NCBI GenBank assembly: GCA_965205605.1
Contig: CBDBHE010000002.1
Span: forward strand, 107,944 to 171,943
Reading direction: 5' to 3'
From: Spirochaetota bacterium
Lineage (GTDB): Bacteria; Spirochaetota; UBA12135; COTS27; CBDBHE01
DNA: 64,000 nt
The notes under the pieces were generated by a model. The model was not told where the DNA came from. It made no database searches and saw only the letters and a program-made list of their open reading frames with translations. The first letter of the stretch is position 1. The number at the start of each line of letters is the position of its first letter. Of this stretch, positions 30,684-42,633 are shown one piece after another. The translations under genes and the position numbers were made by a program.

Positions 30684-32390
30684 TTAGTTAATTTTTAAAA
30701 TTTTCTCTATTTTTTTAAGAGTTGAAACGTTTAGGGCTTTTTTTGCTATTTGTTTGGCTTCTTTTGTTGAAATTTTTTTAATGGCTCGTTGAATATTAAT
30801 CATTTTTTTAGGGTTAACAATGAGTTTTCTAAGTCCAATTCCAATTAAAAAAGAAAGATAATCAGTATTTTCAGTCATATTCCCACAAATAGATATTTCT
30901 ACATTATTTTTATTGGCTATAGAAACCATATGAAAGAGGCTTCTTAAAATAGCTGGATGATGGGGAATGTACAGATCAGCAACTTTTTCATTTGTACGAT
31001 CAACAGCTAAGGTGTATTGAATCAAATCATTGGCTCCTATAGAAAAAAAATCTACATATTGACATAATTCTTCCATAATATGCACCACGGAAGGGATTTC
31101 AAGCATAATGCCTATTTTGGGCGATTGGTTATATTTTATTTTTTCTTTTTTTAAATCTGAAAGACAAAGTGTAATGATTGCTTTACAAGCTAAAAATTCT
31201 TCAATTGATGAAATCAAAGGAAAAATAATATAAAGAGGGTAATCAACCCCGGCTCTTAAAATAGCTCTTATTTGTTTGATAAAAATATCTTGATATTTAA
31301 TGGTAAATCGTGATGATCTAAACCCTAAAAAAGGATTGTTTTCTTTAATGGGGTAATAAGGCAAAAATTTATCTCCACCAATATCTAAAGTCCTTATAGT
31401 AATAGGTTTATTTTTCATAGGGCCAAAAAATTTTTTATAAATATTGTATTGCTCTTCCTCTGAAGGGATTGAATTTCTAAAAATAAAAGCAAATTCACTA
31501 CGATAAAGGCCGATGCCGCTAGCTTTTAGTTTGACAGAAAGGTTAAAATCACTAATTAAATTGACACTTGTCATTAAATCAATGTTTTCTTTATTTTTTG
31601 TTTCTGTTGTTTCAAAAATTTTTTCGTTATTTTTGGATTTTGATTCTTTTCTTTGAGTTTTTTTTTCTACTGCTTTAATGATGTCTTTACTTGGTTTTAT
31701 ATAAATTTGACTGCTATTAGCTTCTATTAAAATAGGGGTTTGATTTTTTAAAAACAAAATATTTTTATCTGTTGTGATAATAGCAGGCAATTTAAGGGAT
31801 TGAATTAAGATTGAAATATGAGAAGTAGCACCTCCACCAACAATGATAATTCCTTTAATATTTTCAGAAGCTAATTTTAAAATATCTGATGGAAAAATTT
31901 CTTTGATAATAACAATTTTATTTTGATTAATTGAAAAATTTCTTTTCTTTTGAACAAGATTTTCTAAAATATGAAGTGCTACATCTTCCAAATCTTGTTT
32001 TTTTTCTTGAATCAAATAGCTTTCACTATTACCAATAGCTTCAAGATATTCTTTAACAATAGTGATAAGAGCAATAGGAGGATTAATATTTTTTTCAATT
32101 AAACCGATAACTTTTTTTTTGAAGACTTGATCTTGAAGGATTAAAAGATGGCCTTGAAAAATAATAGAAGCCGATTCAGTTAATTTTTCTTCAATATTTT
32201 TTTTGAGAGATTTTAGTTGAATTTCAGCATTTTCTAATGCTTTTAAAAAATTATTAATTGTATAGTGTTCATCATAAGTTGTGTATAAATAATGTTCTAA
32301 AGAAAGTCTTTGGTTTAAAATCAAGGCTTCACCCAAGGCGAATCCATCGGAGAGTTTTTTTCCTTTTAAAATAGTTTTATTGTTATGCAT
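30684..32390 (-). CDS. ptsI: Phosphoenolpyruvate-protein phosphotransferase (PTS enzyme I, PtsI/PtsP-like)
   Basis: GGATSH phospho-His, GIGLYRSEF, RTLDIGGDK, NPFLGFR, SIGANDL. Confidence 0.9.
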   Translation of the reverse strand: MHNNKTILKGKKLSDGFALGEALILNQRLSLEHYLYTTYDEHYTINNFLKALENAEIQLKSLKKNIEEKLTESASIIFQGHLLILQDQVFKKKVIGLIEKNINPPIALITIVKEYLEAIGNSESYLIQEKKQDLEDVALHILENLVQKKRNFSINQNKIVIIKEIFPSDILKLASENIKGIIIVGGGATSHISILIQSLKLPAIITTDKNILFLKNQTPILIEANSSQIYIKPSKDIIKAVEKKTQRKESKSKNNEKIFETTETKNKENIDLMTSVNLISDFNLSVKLKASGIGLYRSEFAFIFRNSIPSEEEQYNIYKKFFGPMKNKPITIRTLDIGGDKFLPYYPIKENNPFLGFRSSRFTIKYQDIFIKQIRAILRAGVDYPLYIIFPLISSIEEFLACKAIITLCLSDLKKEKIKYNQSPKIGIMLEIPSVVHIMEELCQYVDFFSIGANDLIQYTLAVDRTNEKVADLYIPHHPAILRSLFHMVSIANKNNVEISICGNMTENTDYLSFLIGIGLRKLIVNPKKMINIQRAIKKISTKEAKQIAKKALNVSTLKKIEKILKIN

Positions 32391-32651
32391 TTTTTTGGGT
32401 AAATTTTTTTTTTTTTCAATTGGCTTTACTTAAAATTAAAAAACATGTAAAACTTTACACTTTCTTAAAAGGGATTTTATTTACTTATTTTATAATGATA
32501 AGGTATTTAGATCACATAAAGTGAAAATGAGATTATAAAAAAAGTTTCACTTAAATTATAAAATAAAAAAATTAAAATATAGAGAATATAAATAAATTTG
32601 TTATTTTTTTTTGATAATATTTTACTTTATTTAAAATTAATTTTTTAATCG

Positions 32652-33347
32652 ATGTTAAGAGTTTCTCTTTTTACTTCTTTCTTTTATTTACTACTTTTTA
32701 TTTCTTGTACTAAAAATAGTACGTTGCGTTTTTATTTAGATATTCGTTCTGCTTACGATCAGTGGGATCTAAGTGATGTTGATCGCTTATTTGAAGTTTC
32801 TTTACAAAATAATAGAGATTTAACAGCAGCCAGTGTTTATTATTTAGGACTTTGTTTGCGTGATTTATCTTTAGGCAAAGGCACAACAAAAAGAAATCTA
32901 AAATTAAACACAAAAGAAAAAAAAACATTTATTTTAAAAATCAAAAATCATTTAAAAAGACTTTATTCTATTAATAATGATTTTAATATTCGAAATTTAT
33001 GTGTTGTGAGTATTGCTTATCATCAAGATCAAGAAACGATAGATTTTTTGAATAAAAATCTATCGTCCCATTTAGAAGAAAGCACTATCGAAGTTGCTCT
33101 TAAATCTTTAAGAGATTTTATTTTAGATAAAAAACATGATACTTCAAAAACAATTCTTTCAACTCTTAAATTAATTTCAAAAGAAAACAATGCTCTTTTC
33201 CATCAAGCTCTTTATAACCTTACTTTATACCCCCCTAATGAACAAATTGATAATGGGCTTGCAAATTACTTAAAGATTAATGAAGGGACTTACCGTAGCT
33301 TGTTTGTCAAAAAAGCTATGGATAATAGAAAAAAAGATTTACAATAA
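32652..33347 (+). CDS. Hypothetical lipoprotein (HEAT-like helical)
   Basis: Spirochetal lipobox LLFISC. Confidence 0.6.
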   Translation: MLRVSLFTSFFYLLLFISCTKNSTLRFYLDIRSAYDQWDLSDVDRLFEVSLQNNRDLTAASVYYLGLCLRDLSLGKGTTKRNLKLNTKEKKTFILKIKNHLKRLYSINNDFNIRNLCVVSIAYHQDQETIDFLNKNLSSHLEESTIEVALKSLRDFILDKKHDTSKTILSTLKLISKENNALFHQALYNLTLYPPNEQIDNGLANYLKINEGTYRSLFVKKAMDNRKKDLQ

Positions 33348-33354
33348 GTTTGTT

Positions 33355-34041
33355 ATGAAGTTTCTTTTTTTACTTTTATTTTCTTTTATGCTTGTTGCTT
33401 GTCAAACTTTTGTTGTCAAAAAAGAAATTAAAGGTGTAAAGAATATTGTATTTTTTTCTTTTGAAATGAATCATGAAGATTTTAAAAAAGAAGCGAATGT
33501 TAATTACCCTAATATTAGCTTTATTGCCCATTCTTTTTGTAAAAAGTTTGTTAAAGAATTTAATAACAATAAATTTGGGGTTAAACTTATTTTTTTAAAT
33601 GAACAAATATTTAAAAAAGCAGGGCTTGATCCAAGTAAAAAAGTAAGCTTGATCAGAGATCAAGTGAATTTTCCTTGGACTTTTAATGAAAAAAATTTTA
33701 GTCAATATGAAATAAAAGCTTTATTAAAAGCAGCTTCTTCACAAGGGTATTTAATCTTGGATTTAGAAGCCTCTGTTTGGTCTCAGCTGATGAAGGGGAG
33801 CTTGAAAATTAAGTCTGAAAAAAGTCGTTTGGTTATTAATAAATCTGTTAGAGAACAGTCGACTTATATTATTCAAGATGAGAATTCCCCTTATGTTTTT
33901 GATTTTGATAAGCTTTTTGATCAATTAGAATTGAAGGCAAATCACAAAAAAGAGATTATTAAAATTTATGATGAGATAGCAGTTAATTTAGCAAATAGAA
34001 TTAAAAAAAAAATCGAGAAAAAACTAGAAAATAAAATTTAA
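33355..34041 (+). CDS. Hypothetical lipoprotein
   Basis: ORF 33280..34041; the likely start is ATG 33355, giving MKFLFLLLFSFMLVAC with a lipobox. Confidence 0.6.
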   Translation: MKFLFLLLFSFMLVACQTFVVKKEIKGVKNIVFFSFEMNHEDFKKEANVNYPNISFIAHSFCKKFVKEFNNNKFGVKLIFLNEQIFKKAGLDPSKKVSLIRDQVNFPWTFNEKNFSQYEIKALLKAASSQGYLILDLEASVWSQLMKGSLKIKSEKSRLVINKSVREQSTYIIQDENSPYVFDFDKLFDQLELKANHKKEIIKIYDEIAVNLANRIKKKIEKKLENKI

Positions 34042-34092
34042 TTAGTTGGACTTACTAATCTTTTAAAACAATATTACAATAAGGGAAGGACG

Positions 34093-35565
34093 ATGGAAAA
34101 TTTTAATTTTAAAGAAGGTCTAACATATGATGATTTTTTAATAGAGCCATCTGACTCGAGTATTTTACCTCATGAAGTTGATTTAACAACTCAATTAACA
34201 AAAAACATTACGATTAAATTGCCTTTAATTTCAGCTCCAATGGATACCGTAACAGAATCTACTTTAGCGATTGCAATTGCTCATTTAGGAGGCATTGGGA
34301 TTATTCACAAAAATCTAAGTATTAAAGATCAAGTTAAAGAAGTCGCCATTGTCAAAAGATCTGCTAATGGATTTATTTATGATCCAGCAACACTTTCTTT
34401 AGATACTCTTTTAGGAGATGCCATAGAAATAATGAAATCTCTTTCAGTAAGTGGGTTTCCAATTATCAGTGATAAAAAAGTAGTTGGTATTTTGACTAAT
34501 CGAGATTTACATTTTGAAAGTGACTTAAAAAAATCAGTTTCTAGTTTAATGACTAAAAAAGTCATTACAGCTCCAAAAGGGACATCTCTTAAAGAAGCTA
34601 AAGAAATTATGAGAAAAAACAAAATTGAAAAATTACCTATTGTTGATGAAAAAAATGTTCTTATAGGGCTTGTTTGTATTAAAGATATATTAAGTAGTAT
34701 TAATTTTTCAGATGCAACGAAAGATAAAGAAGGACGACTGCGAGTGGGGGCTGCTTGTGGGATTTCGTCAAAAGAAAAAGAAAGAGTAAGGGCTTTAATA
34801 GAAGCTGGAATTGATTTAATTACCATTGATAGTGCTCATGGGCATCATAAAAATGTTTTAGAAATGATTAGTTGGGTTAAGAAAAAATATTCTTCGATGC
34901 AAGTGATTGGAGGGAATATTGCAACAGTAGAGGGTTGTAAAGCGATCATTGATGCCGGAGCGGATGCGGTTAAAGTAGGGGTTGGACCTGGTTCTATTTG
35001 TACGACACGTATTATTTCTGGAGTTGGTGTTCCTCAAGCAACAGCTGTTTTAAATGCAGCTTTATATGCAAAAAAAAATAAAATCCCTGTTATTGCAGAT
35101 GGGGGGATTAAATTTTCTGGAGATATTGCTAAGGCTTTGGCTTTGGGGGCTTCTTCTGTGATGTTAGGGTCTCTTTTTGCAGGGACTGAAGAGGCTCCTG
35201 GTGAAAAAATTTATCATAATGGGCGTTCGTATAAAACTTATCGAGGAATGGGAAGTATTTCTGCCATGGAATCAGGATCAGATGATCGGTATCTTTTTAG
35301 TAAAGAAGTAGGCACTAAGAATTATTCTAAAAAATTAGTCCCTGAGGGAGTTGAAGGAGCTGTTTTATTTAGAGGTGCTCTTACTGATTTAATTTTTCAG
35401 TTAAGTGGTGGACTTAGGAGTGCGATGGGTTATTGTGGAGCTAATAATCTAAAGAAACTTTCTGAGAAAGCAAAATTTATTCGCATTACGAGTTCTGGTT
35501 TAAAGGAATCTCATGTTCATAATGTAGTTGTTACAAAAGAGACTCCAAATTATATTGCAACTTAA
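34093..35565 (+). CDS. guaB: IMP dehydrogenase
   Basis: [12 protein letters not shown] pair, [17 protein letters not shown]. Confidence 0.98.
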   Translation: MENFNFKEGLTYDDFLIEPSDSSILPHEVDLTTQLTKNITIKLPLISAPMDTVTESTLAIAIAHLGGIGIIHKNLSIKDQVKEVAIVKRSANGFIYDPATLSLDTLLGDAIEIMKSLSVSGFPIISDKKVVGILTNRDLHFESDLKKSVSSLMTKKVITAPKGTSLKEAKEIMRKNKIEKLPIVDEKNVLIGLVCIKDILSSINFSDATKDKEGRLRVGAACGISSKEKERVRALIEAGIDLITIDSAHGHHKNVLEMISWVKKKYSSMQVIGGNIATVEGCKAIIDAGADAVKVGVGPGSICTTRIISGVGVPQATAVLNAALYAKKNKIPVIADGGIKFSGDIAKALALGASSVMLGSLFAGTEEAPGEKIYHNGRSYKTYRGMGSISAMESGSDDRYLFSKEVGTKNYSKKLVPEGVEGAVLFRGALTDLIFQLSGGLRSAMGYCGANNLKKLSEKAKFIRITSSGLKESHVHNVVVTKETPNYIAT

Positions 35566-35576
35566 AGGTTTTAAAA

Positions 35577-36461
35577 ATGCAAGGTATTTTTACAGCTCTT
35601 ATTACCCCTTTTCGTAAAAATAAAATTGATTATGACTCTTTATCAAAGCTCATCGAATTTCAAATCAAGTCTGGTATTAACGGTATCCTTCCTTGTGGCA
35701 CCACCGGTGAATCCCCTACCTTATCTACTGAAGAGCACAATGATTTGATCAAATTTGTTGTCGAAAAAGTCGCTAAACGAGTTAAAATTTTAGCAAATAC
35801 AGGTAGTAATTCTACAACAGAATCTATTTATTTTTCTCAACATGCTAAAGAAATAGGAGCTGATGCTTGTATGCTTGTTTCTCCTTATTACAACAAACCA
35901 ACTCAAGAAGGTTTGTATCAACACTTTAAAACAATTGCTAGGGAAGTAAACATAGATTTTATTATTTATAACATTCCTTCTAGAACAAGTGTTTTTATTG
36001 AAAATAAAACCTTTTTTCGTTTAAAAGAAGTAAAAAATATTATAGGAATTAAAGATGCGGTTGATGATATTAATTATACAAGTCAATTTTTAAATAATTT
36101 TCAAGATCGTTTTATTGTTTTTTCTGGTAATGACACTATGAATTATCCAATTTTTCTCTTAGGGGGTAAAGGCTCGATTTCAGTGCTTTCAAATCTTTTT
36201 CCAAAAGAAGTTGTCGCTTGTTTTAAAGCTTTTAAAGCAGGTAATATCAATTTGGCTAAAGAAATGCACTTTAAAGTTTACTCTCTTACAAAAGCTCTTT
36301 TTATAAAAACAAATCCAATCCCTGTTAAAGAAGCTTGTTATTTAGAACACTTAATCGATTCTCCAGAAATTAGACTTCCTTTGACAAGACTTGATAAAAG
36401 CGACGTTGCTTTTTTAACAAATGAAATAAAGCTTTTTAAAAAAAATTTTAATTTGTCATAA
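35577..36461 (+). CDS. dapA: 4-hydroxy-tetrahydrodipicolinate synthase
   Basis: GTTGES, PYYNKP, YNIPSRT, GIKDA. Confidence 0.96.
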   Translation: MQGIFTALITPFRKNKIDYDSLSKLIEFQIKSGINGILPCGTTGESPTLSTEEHNDLIKFVVEKVAKRVKILANTGSNSTTESIYFSQHAKEIGADACMLVSPYYNKPTQEGLYQHFKTIAREVNIDFIIYNIPSRTSVFIENKTFFRLKEVKNIIGIKDAVDDINYTSQFLNNFQDRFIVFSGNDTMNYPIFLLGGKGSISVLSNLFPKEVVACFKAFKAGNINLAKEMHFKVYSLTKALFIKTNPIPVKEACYLEHLIDSPEIRLPLTRLDKSDVAFLTNEIKLFKKNFNLS

Positions 36462-36493
36462 TTTTTTTTAACTTACTAATAAGTTTAATTTTT

Positions 36494-38216
36494 GTGAAAA
36501 GATCTCAATTTTTTATTCCAACTCTAAAAGAAATTCCTTCTGAAGCTTCATTACCTTCTCATGTTTTAATGTTGAGAGCAGGGCTTATTCGAAAGCTTTC
36601 GTCTGGTTTTTATATTTATTTACCTTTGGGTTTAAAGGTTTTAAAAAAAATTGAAAATATAATACGTCAAGAGATGGACGCAAGTGGAGCGAATGAATTT
36701 AGCTTTCCACTTGTCCTTCCAAAAGTTCTTTTGGAAAAAACAGATCGTTGGGATTTATTTAAAAAAGAACTTTTTCGCCTAAAAGATCGTGATGAAAATG
36801 ATTTCTCCCTCGCTTCCACTCAAGAAGAAGCTTTTACGATGTTGGCTAAACAAGAAATTAATTCTTATAAAGCTTTTCCTTTTAATTTTTATCAAATTCA
36901 TACCAAGTTTCGAGATGAAATTAGACCTCGTTTTGGAGTGATGAGAAGTCGAGAATTTATTATGAAAGATGCTTATTCTTTTCATCTGAGTGTTGCATGT
37001 CTTGAAAAAATGTATTCGAAAATGATTGAAGTTTATAAAAGAATTTTTAAACGATTTCAGCTCGATTTTTTAAATGTAAAAGCAGATAGTGGGGCTATGG
37101 GAGGTAGTGGATCTGAAGAGTTTGTAGTTAAAAGTGAAGTCGGAGAGGAAACTATTTTGGCTTGTTCTTCATGTGGCTATGTAGCAAATATAGAAACAGC
37201 TGAAGAGTTAATTTTTCCTATTAATAAAACAATAAACTCTCTTCTAAGTCTAGAAAAAATAGCAACTCCAAAAATTAAAACAATTAAAGAACTAAGTGAC
37301 TTTTTAAAAGTAAATCCTCATCAATTGATAAAGTCTTATGTTTGTTCTGTCAATGATGCTCAAGAAAAAAAAAATAGTGCTTATTTTGATTCGAGGAGAT
37401 TATGAAGTTAATGAGAAAAAGCTAGCGAATCTTTTTCCAAATAAAGAAATTTTATTTGCTAGTGATAAACTTATAAAAAAATTTTTCAATGCTTCCCCTG
37501 GTTATTTAGGACCTGTAAACCTATCTAAGGAAATTGAAATCATAGCAGACACAAGTATTCAGGGGTTTTCTCATGCGATTGTTGGAGCCAATGAAGAGGG
37601 ATTTCATTATAAAAATGCTTGTCTTAATAGAGATTTTTTACCGACTCGTTATGTAGATTTATATCAAGCAAGAGAAAATGGAAAATGTATTTTGTGTGAT
37701 TCAAGCCTTAAAGTGTTTAGAGGTATTGAAATAGGCCATGTCTTTAAACTAGGAAAAAAATACACTAAAGCTTTTGATTTTTCTGTTTTAGACGAAAACG
37801 GAAATCAAAAAACACCTATTATGGGTTGCTATGGGATTGGTCTTAATAGGACAGTAGCGGCTATTATTGAACAGCATCATGATAAAGATGGTATTTGTTG
37901 GCCTAAGGGTATTGCCCCATATCAGATCTGTCTTTTGAGTTTGGATATGAAAGACTCATCTATTATTAAAGCTTCAGAAAATTTGTATCAAAAGTTAAAA
38001 AAAAAATCTTATTGTGTTCTTTGGGATGATCGCTTTGAAAGACCAGGAGTAAAATTTAAAGATGCTGATCTTTTAGGGATTCCTCTTCAAATAGTTGTTG
38101 GTAAAAAAAATATCACTAAGAAAGTATTTGGGCTTAAAATAAGAAAACTAAAACAATCTTTTGAATATGAAGAAGGTGAGCTTTTAGCTCAAATAGAAAG
38201 TTATTTTAAGTCTTAA
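36494..38216 (+). CDS. proS: Proline-tRNA ligase (+1 frameshift in A-run ~37365-37374)
   Basis: KFRDEIRPRFGVMRSREF, insertion domain, GHVFKLG, MGCYGIG; split across two ORFs at an A10 run. Confidence 0.95.
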
Positions 38217-38234
38217 GGCTAAGATAGTATTTTT

Positions 38235-39503
38235 ATGAAAGAAACCAATTCTTTTTTTTTGACAAAGCAACAAGCTATCTTTTTAGAGCAACAATATCAA
38301 ACTCCTCTTTTTGTTTATGATGAAATGAGGTTAGAAGAAAATGCTAAAAAACTGCTTAGTTTTCCTAACGCTTTTGGACTAACCGTTCGCTATGCAATTA
38401 AAGCTAATAGCAATCGAAATTTAATAAAGCTTTTTGATACTTTAGGGATTTATTTTGATGCGAGCTCAGTTTATGAAGTCAAACGACTTTTGCATATTGG
38501 CATTAAAGCTGAAAAAATTTCTTTAACAACTCAAGAACTCACTCCTGGATTTGAAGTCATCATTAAAAAAGGTGTTTTTTTTCATGCTAGTTCTTTATAT
38601 CAATTAGAAACTTTTGGAAAAAAATTTCCAAACCAATCTATTGGACTTCGTTTTAATCCTGGCATTGGTTCTGGAGGGCACCATAAAACAGATGTTGGGG
38701 GGGTGGGTTCTAGTTTTGGTATTTGGCATCAAGAAATAAAGCAAGTTAAAAACCTTATTAAAAAATATGACTTAAAGGTTGGATGCGTTCATACGCATAT
38801 TGGTTCGGGGGGAGATCCTAAAATTTGGAAAAAAGCGACTAAAATTACTTTTAGAATCTTAGAAAATTTTCCACAAGCAACTTGCATGAATTTAGGAGGA
38901 GGATTTAGAGTCAAGCGAATGCCTTTTGAAAAAGAAACTAATTTAACAGAGCTGGGTCTTGAAGTAAAGAAAAGAACATTTGTCTTTTTTAAAAAAACAA
39001 AACGAAAAATTCATTTAGAAATAGAACCGGGTGCGATGTTGATTGCTAATACAGCTAATTTGCTTAGTAAGGTACAAGATAAAGTTTGCACAGGTAAAAG
39101 AGGTTATGTTTTTTTAAAGCTTAATGTAGGAATGGATAATTTTTTGAGGACTTCTCTTTATGGAGCTTTACACCCTTTTAAAGGGTTTGCTTTAAGTCAA
39201 GATAAATCGCATCAAAAAAAATCTTATCTTGTTGTTGGGCATTGTTGTGAGTCGGGAGATTTGTTTACTTCAAAAAAAGGAAAACCAAATGAATTGATGC
39301 CTCGAAAAATGGAAAAACTTGAAATTGGAGATTTGTTTTTAATTGGTGCAGTAGGGGCTTATTGTGCTTCGATGGCGGCTAAAAATTATAATTCTTTCCC
39401 GCAGCCTCCAGAATACTTAAAAAGAAAAAATGGTCAATTTAAGATCATTAAAAATCGTCAAAGTATTGAACAAATGATTCAAAATGAAAAAAAAATTTTA
39501 TAA
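38235..39503 (+). CDS. lysA: Diaminopimelate decarboxylase
   Basis: YAIKAN, HTHIGS, NLGGG, EPG, GHCCESGD, GAY..SM..NYNS; near dapA. Confidence 0.88.
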   Translation: MKETNSFFLTKQQAIFLEQQYQTPLFVYDEMRLEENAKKLLSFPNAFGLTVRYAIKANSNRNLIKLFDTLGIYFDASSVYEVKRLLHIGIKAEKISLTTQELTPGFEVIIKKGVFFHASSLYQLETFGKKFPNQSIGLRFNPGIGSGGHHKTDVGGVGSSFGIWHQEIKQVKNLIKKYDLKVGCVHTHIGSGGDPKIWKKATKITFRILENFPQATCMNLGGGFRVKRMPFEKETNLTELGLEVKKRTFVFFKKTKRKIHLEIEPGAMLIANTANLLSKVQDKVCTGKRGYVFLKLNVGMDNFLRTSLYGALHPFKGFALSQDKSHQKKSYLVVGHCCESGDLFTSKKGKPNELMPRKMEKLEIGDLFLIGAVGAYCASMAAKNYNSFPQPPEYLKRKNGQFKIIKNRQSIEQMIQNEKKIL

Positions 39504-39599
39504 GAAGGAGTTGATTTATTTTTGAAAAAAAAGTATTTTAAAAGGAAGTGAATATTTTTTAAAAACTTTATTAATATTATTATTTACTTAAATCTATTT

Positions 39600-40268
39600 A
39601 TGCGAGTTTCAATCATGTTTATTTTATTTTATATTTTATCAAAAAAAAAAATTATAAAGCAATTTATTTTAATAGGATTTTTAATGACTAGTTTATTTTC
39701 AGCGTCTGTTACAGACAAATTAGACCAACTTCCTGATGGTCTTTATGGTCAAATTGATACCTCTAAAGGAATCATTTTAGTGAAATTTTTTCATAAAGAA
39801 GCCCCACTAACGGTGGCTAATTTTATTGGTCTTGCGGAAGGAACAAAAGAATCTACACGTGGTAGAAGGGTTCGTTATTATGATGGTCTTGTTTTTCATC
39901 GAGTCATTGACAACTTTATGATTCAAGGAGGCGATCCTCAAGGCACAGGTCGAGGAGGACCGGGTTATTATTTTGAAGATGAGTTTCACCCAAAGCTGAT
40001 TCATAACAAACCTGGTATATTATCGATGGCAAATGCAGGTCCCAACACAAATGGAAGTCAATTTTTTATCACTCATGTCCCGACCCCTTGGTTAGATGGA
40101 AAGCACGCTATTTTTGGTGAAGTGGTTTTAGGAATCGAAGTTGTTAACACTATCAAACAAGGAGATTTGATTAAAACTCTGATCATTCATCGAAAAGGAA
40201 AATCGTTACGAAATTACAAAATTACTCAGGAAAAATTTGATTCTCTTAGAAAAAAACTAAGAAAATAA
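39600..40268 (+). CDS. Cyclophilin-type peptidyl-prolyl isomerase
   Basis: [38 protein letters not shown]. Confidence 0.95.
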   Translation: MRVSIMFILFYILSKKKIIKQFILIGFLMTSLFSASVTDKLDQLPDGLYGQIDTSKGIILVKFFHKEAPLTVANFIGLAEGTKESTRGRRVRYYDGLVFHRVIDNFMIQGGDPQGTGRGGPGYYFEDEFHPKLIHNKPGILSMANAGPNTNGSQFFITHVPTPWLDGKHAIFGEVVLGIEVVNTIKQGDLIKTLIIHRKGKSLRNYKITQEKFDSLRKKLRK

Positions 40269-40290
40269 TCATTTTATTTTTCTAAATTAA

Positions 40291-41049
40291 ATGATTACTT
40301 CTTTAGAAGCCGTTATGGCTTTTTTAAAACAAAGTCTTTTATTACATCCTGTTCCAGATGTCGCTATTAATGGTTTACAAGTTGAAAATAGTGGAAAAAT
40401 TAAAAAAATAGCTACAGCCGTTGATACGTCTTTAATGCTTTTAAACAAAGTTATTAAAGATAATTGTGATGCTATTCTAGTTCATCATGGTATTTTTTGG
40501 AAAAACCCTTTTCCCATAACAGGTCGTTATTATCAAATTTTAAAAAAGCTCATTGAGAACGATATTGCTTTAATTGCTTTTCATTTACCACTTGATGTCC
40601 ATCCCGTTTATGGAAACAATAGAATGCTTGTTAAACGTTTGGGGTTGAAATTTTTAAAAACCTTTGGAGATTATAAAGGGATTGAAATTTTAATAGCAGC
40701 TTTAAATGAAACAAAAGAAGGTTTGCAATCTTTTTTAAATCGCTTTTCAAAAATGATTGGTGAGCCCATTTGTGTTGTTGAGGGAGGAAAGCATCAAGTT
40801 GAAAAAATAGGTATTTGTTCTGGAGGAGGAATTTTTGGTATTGAAAAAGCTAAGGAAATAGGTTGTGATACGTACATTACAGGAGATGCCGACCATAATG
40901 CTTTCCATCTTTGTAAAGAGATTGGCATTCACCTTATTTCAGGAGGGCATTATAATACTGAAATTTGGGGAGTTAAAGAATTAGGAAAAATCTTAAAAAA
41001 AAATTTTTCTGTTCAAGTAAATTTTTACGATCTCCCAACAGGAATTTAA
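40291..41049 (+). CDS. Nif3-like dinuclear metal center protein
   Basis: NGLQV, VHHG, HLPLDVHP..GNN, GHYNTE. Confidence 0.92.
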   Translation: MITSLEAVMAFLKQSLLLHPVPDVAINGLQVENSGKIKKIATAVDTSLMLLNKVIKDNCDAILVHHGIFWKNPFPITGRYYQILKKLIENDIALIAFHLPLDVHPVYGNNRMLVKRLGLKFLKTFGDYKGIEILIAALNETKEGLQSFLNRFSKMIGEPICVVEGGKHQVEKIGICSGGGIFGIEKAKEIGCDTYITGDADHNAFHLCKEIGIHLISGGHYNTEIWGVKELGKILKKNFSVQVNFYDLPTGI

Positions 41050-41071
41050 CTCTTTTTAGTTTAATGTAAAA

Positions 41072-42625
41072 ATGGATGTTTTAATTATTGGTTCTGGTTT
41101 GGCGGGACTTTCGGCAGCTGCAATGGCAGCTGCAAAAGGTGAGCAAGTTACTCTTGTCACTAAACAATCTTTTTTATTAGATTCTGCTTCTTTCTTGGCA
41201 CAAGGGGGGATTGTTTATAGAGGCAAAGGAGATTCCCCTACGCTTTTGTTAAATGATATACAAAAAGCCGCTCAAGGACTGACTCTTGAAAAAACAGCAA
41301 AATGGATTAGTAATCAAGGTATTGATATTATTGAAGATTTTTTAATTAATACAGTTAAAGTCCCTTTTAATAAACAACAAGATCAACTCGCTCTTACAGG
41401 CGAAGCCGCTCATAGTAAAAAAAGAATCCTTTATGCAAAAGATCATACAGGAAAAATCATTATTGAAAGTATTGAAAAATATTTAAGCCATCTTTCTAAT
41501 GTTTCTATTTTTACAAATTACATGACCATCGAATTAATTACAATCCCTCATCATTCTATAGATCCTATGAGTGTTTATGAAAAAACACGTTGTTTGGGCA
41601 CGTATGTGATGGATATCAAAAATAGGCAAATTAAAAAAATTTTTGCAGATAAAATAATTTTGGCTACGGGGGGTATTGGAAAAATTTATGAGCATTCAAC
41701 CAACCCTTCTTTTGCTTCAGGAGATGGTGTCGCCTTAGGGTATCGTGCTGGAGCTAGAATCGTTAATATGGAATTTACCCAATTTCACCCAACAACTTTA
41801 GCCATTGAAAAAGCTAATCATTTTCTTCTTTCTGAAGCAATTCGAGGAGAAGGAGGAGTTATTGTTAATCAAAAAAATGAGGATATTATTAAAAAATATG
41901 ATTCTAGAGGATCGTTGGCTCCAAGAGATGTCGTTTCAAGATATATTGTAAAAGAGCTCATCAAAACAGGTGAAAACTGTTTGTATCTTAGTTTGAAAAA
42001 CTGTAAAGAGATTGATATCAAAAAAAGATTCCCTTCTATTTATCAAAAATGTTTGCAACATAAAATCGATATTACTAAAGAAAAAATCCCTATTACTCCT
42101 GCTTTCCATTTTTCTTGTGGAGGTATTTTAACAGATATGAATGCTAAAACAACCGTTAAAAACTTATTTGCTATTGGAGAAACCGCTTGCACAGGTCTTC
42201 ATGGAGCCAATCGATTGGCTTCGATGTCTTTACTAGAGTGCGTTGCTTTCGCTAAACAAGCCGTTGAATGTAATGCTAAAAAAAAAGTTTATAAACAATT
42301 TGAAAATAGTATCTCTGATTGGAAAAAACCACTTAAAAATAAAGAAGTTGATATTGTTTGGATTCGTCAAAAATGGAAAACAATTCGTTCTATTATGTGG
42401 AATTATGTGGGTATTGTAAGAAAACATTCTTATTTAGTTAGAGCTTTAGAAGAACTTACTTATCATAGTAATCTTATTGATAATTTTTATAGAGAGTATC
42501 GATTGACTAAAAACCTTGTTGAACTTAGAAATGGAGTTCAAACAGCAATTTTAGTGACTAATAGTGCTATTAAAAATCCTATTTCTAGAGGGTGTCATTA
42601 TCTTCAAGAAGAAAGCAAAAAATAA
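41072..42625 (+). CDS. nadB: L-aspartate oxidase
   Basis: GSGLAG, AQGGI, QFHPT, SEAIRGEG, LAPRDVV, LHGANRLAS, SRGCHY. Confidence 0.93.
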   Translation: MDVLIIGSGLAGLSAAAMAAAKGEQVTLVTKQSFLLDSASFLAQGGIVYRGKGDSPTLLLNDIQKAAQGLTLEKTAKWISNQGIDIIEDFLINTVKVPFNKQQDQLALTGEAAHSKKRILYAKDHTGKIIIESIEKYLSHLSNVSIFTNYMTIELITIPHHSIDPMSVYEKTRCLGTYVMDIKNRQIKKIFADKIILATGGIGKIYEHSTNPSFASGDGVALGYRAGARIVNMEFTQFHPTTLAIEKANHFLLSEAIRGEGGVIVNQKNEDIIKKYDSRGSLAPRDVVSRYIVKELIKTGENCLYLSLKNCKEIDIKKRFPSIYQKCLQHKIDITKEKIPITPAFHFSCGGILTDMNAKTTVKNLFAIGETACTGLHGANRLASMSLLECVAFAKQAVECNAKKKVYKQFENSISDWKKPLKNKEVDIVWIRQKWKTIRSIMWNYVGIVRKHSYLVRALEELTYHSNLIDNFYREYRLTKNLVELRNGVQTAILVTNSAIKNPISRGCHYLQEESKK

Positions 42626-42633
42626 TTTTTTAA

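Noticed and set aside
36494-38216. Split proS or nrdB as true pseudogenes or programmed frameshifts
   Set aside because: Both halves are fully conserved, the genes are essential, and the same +1 homopolymer pattern recurs across the window.
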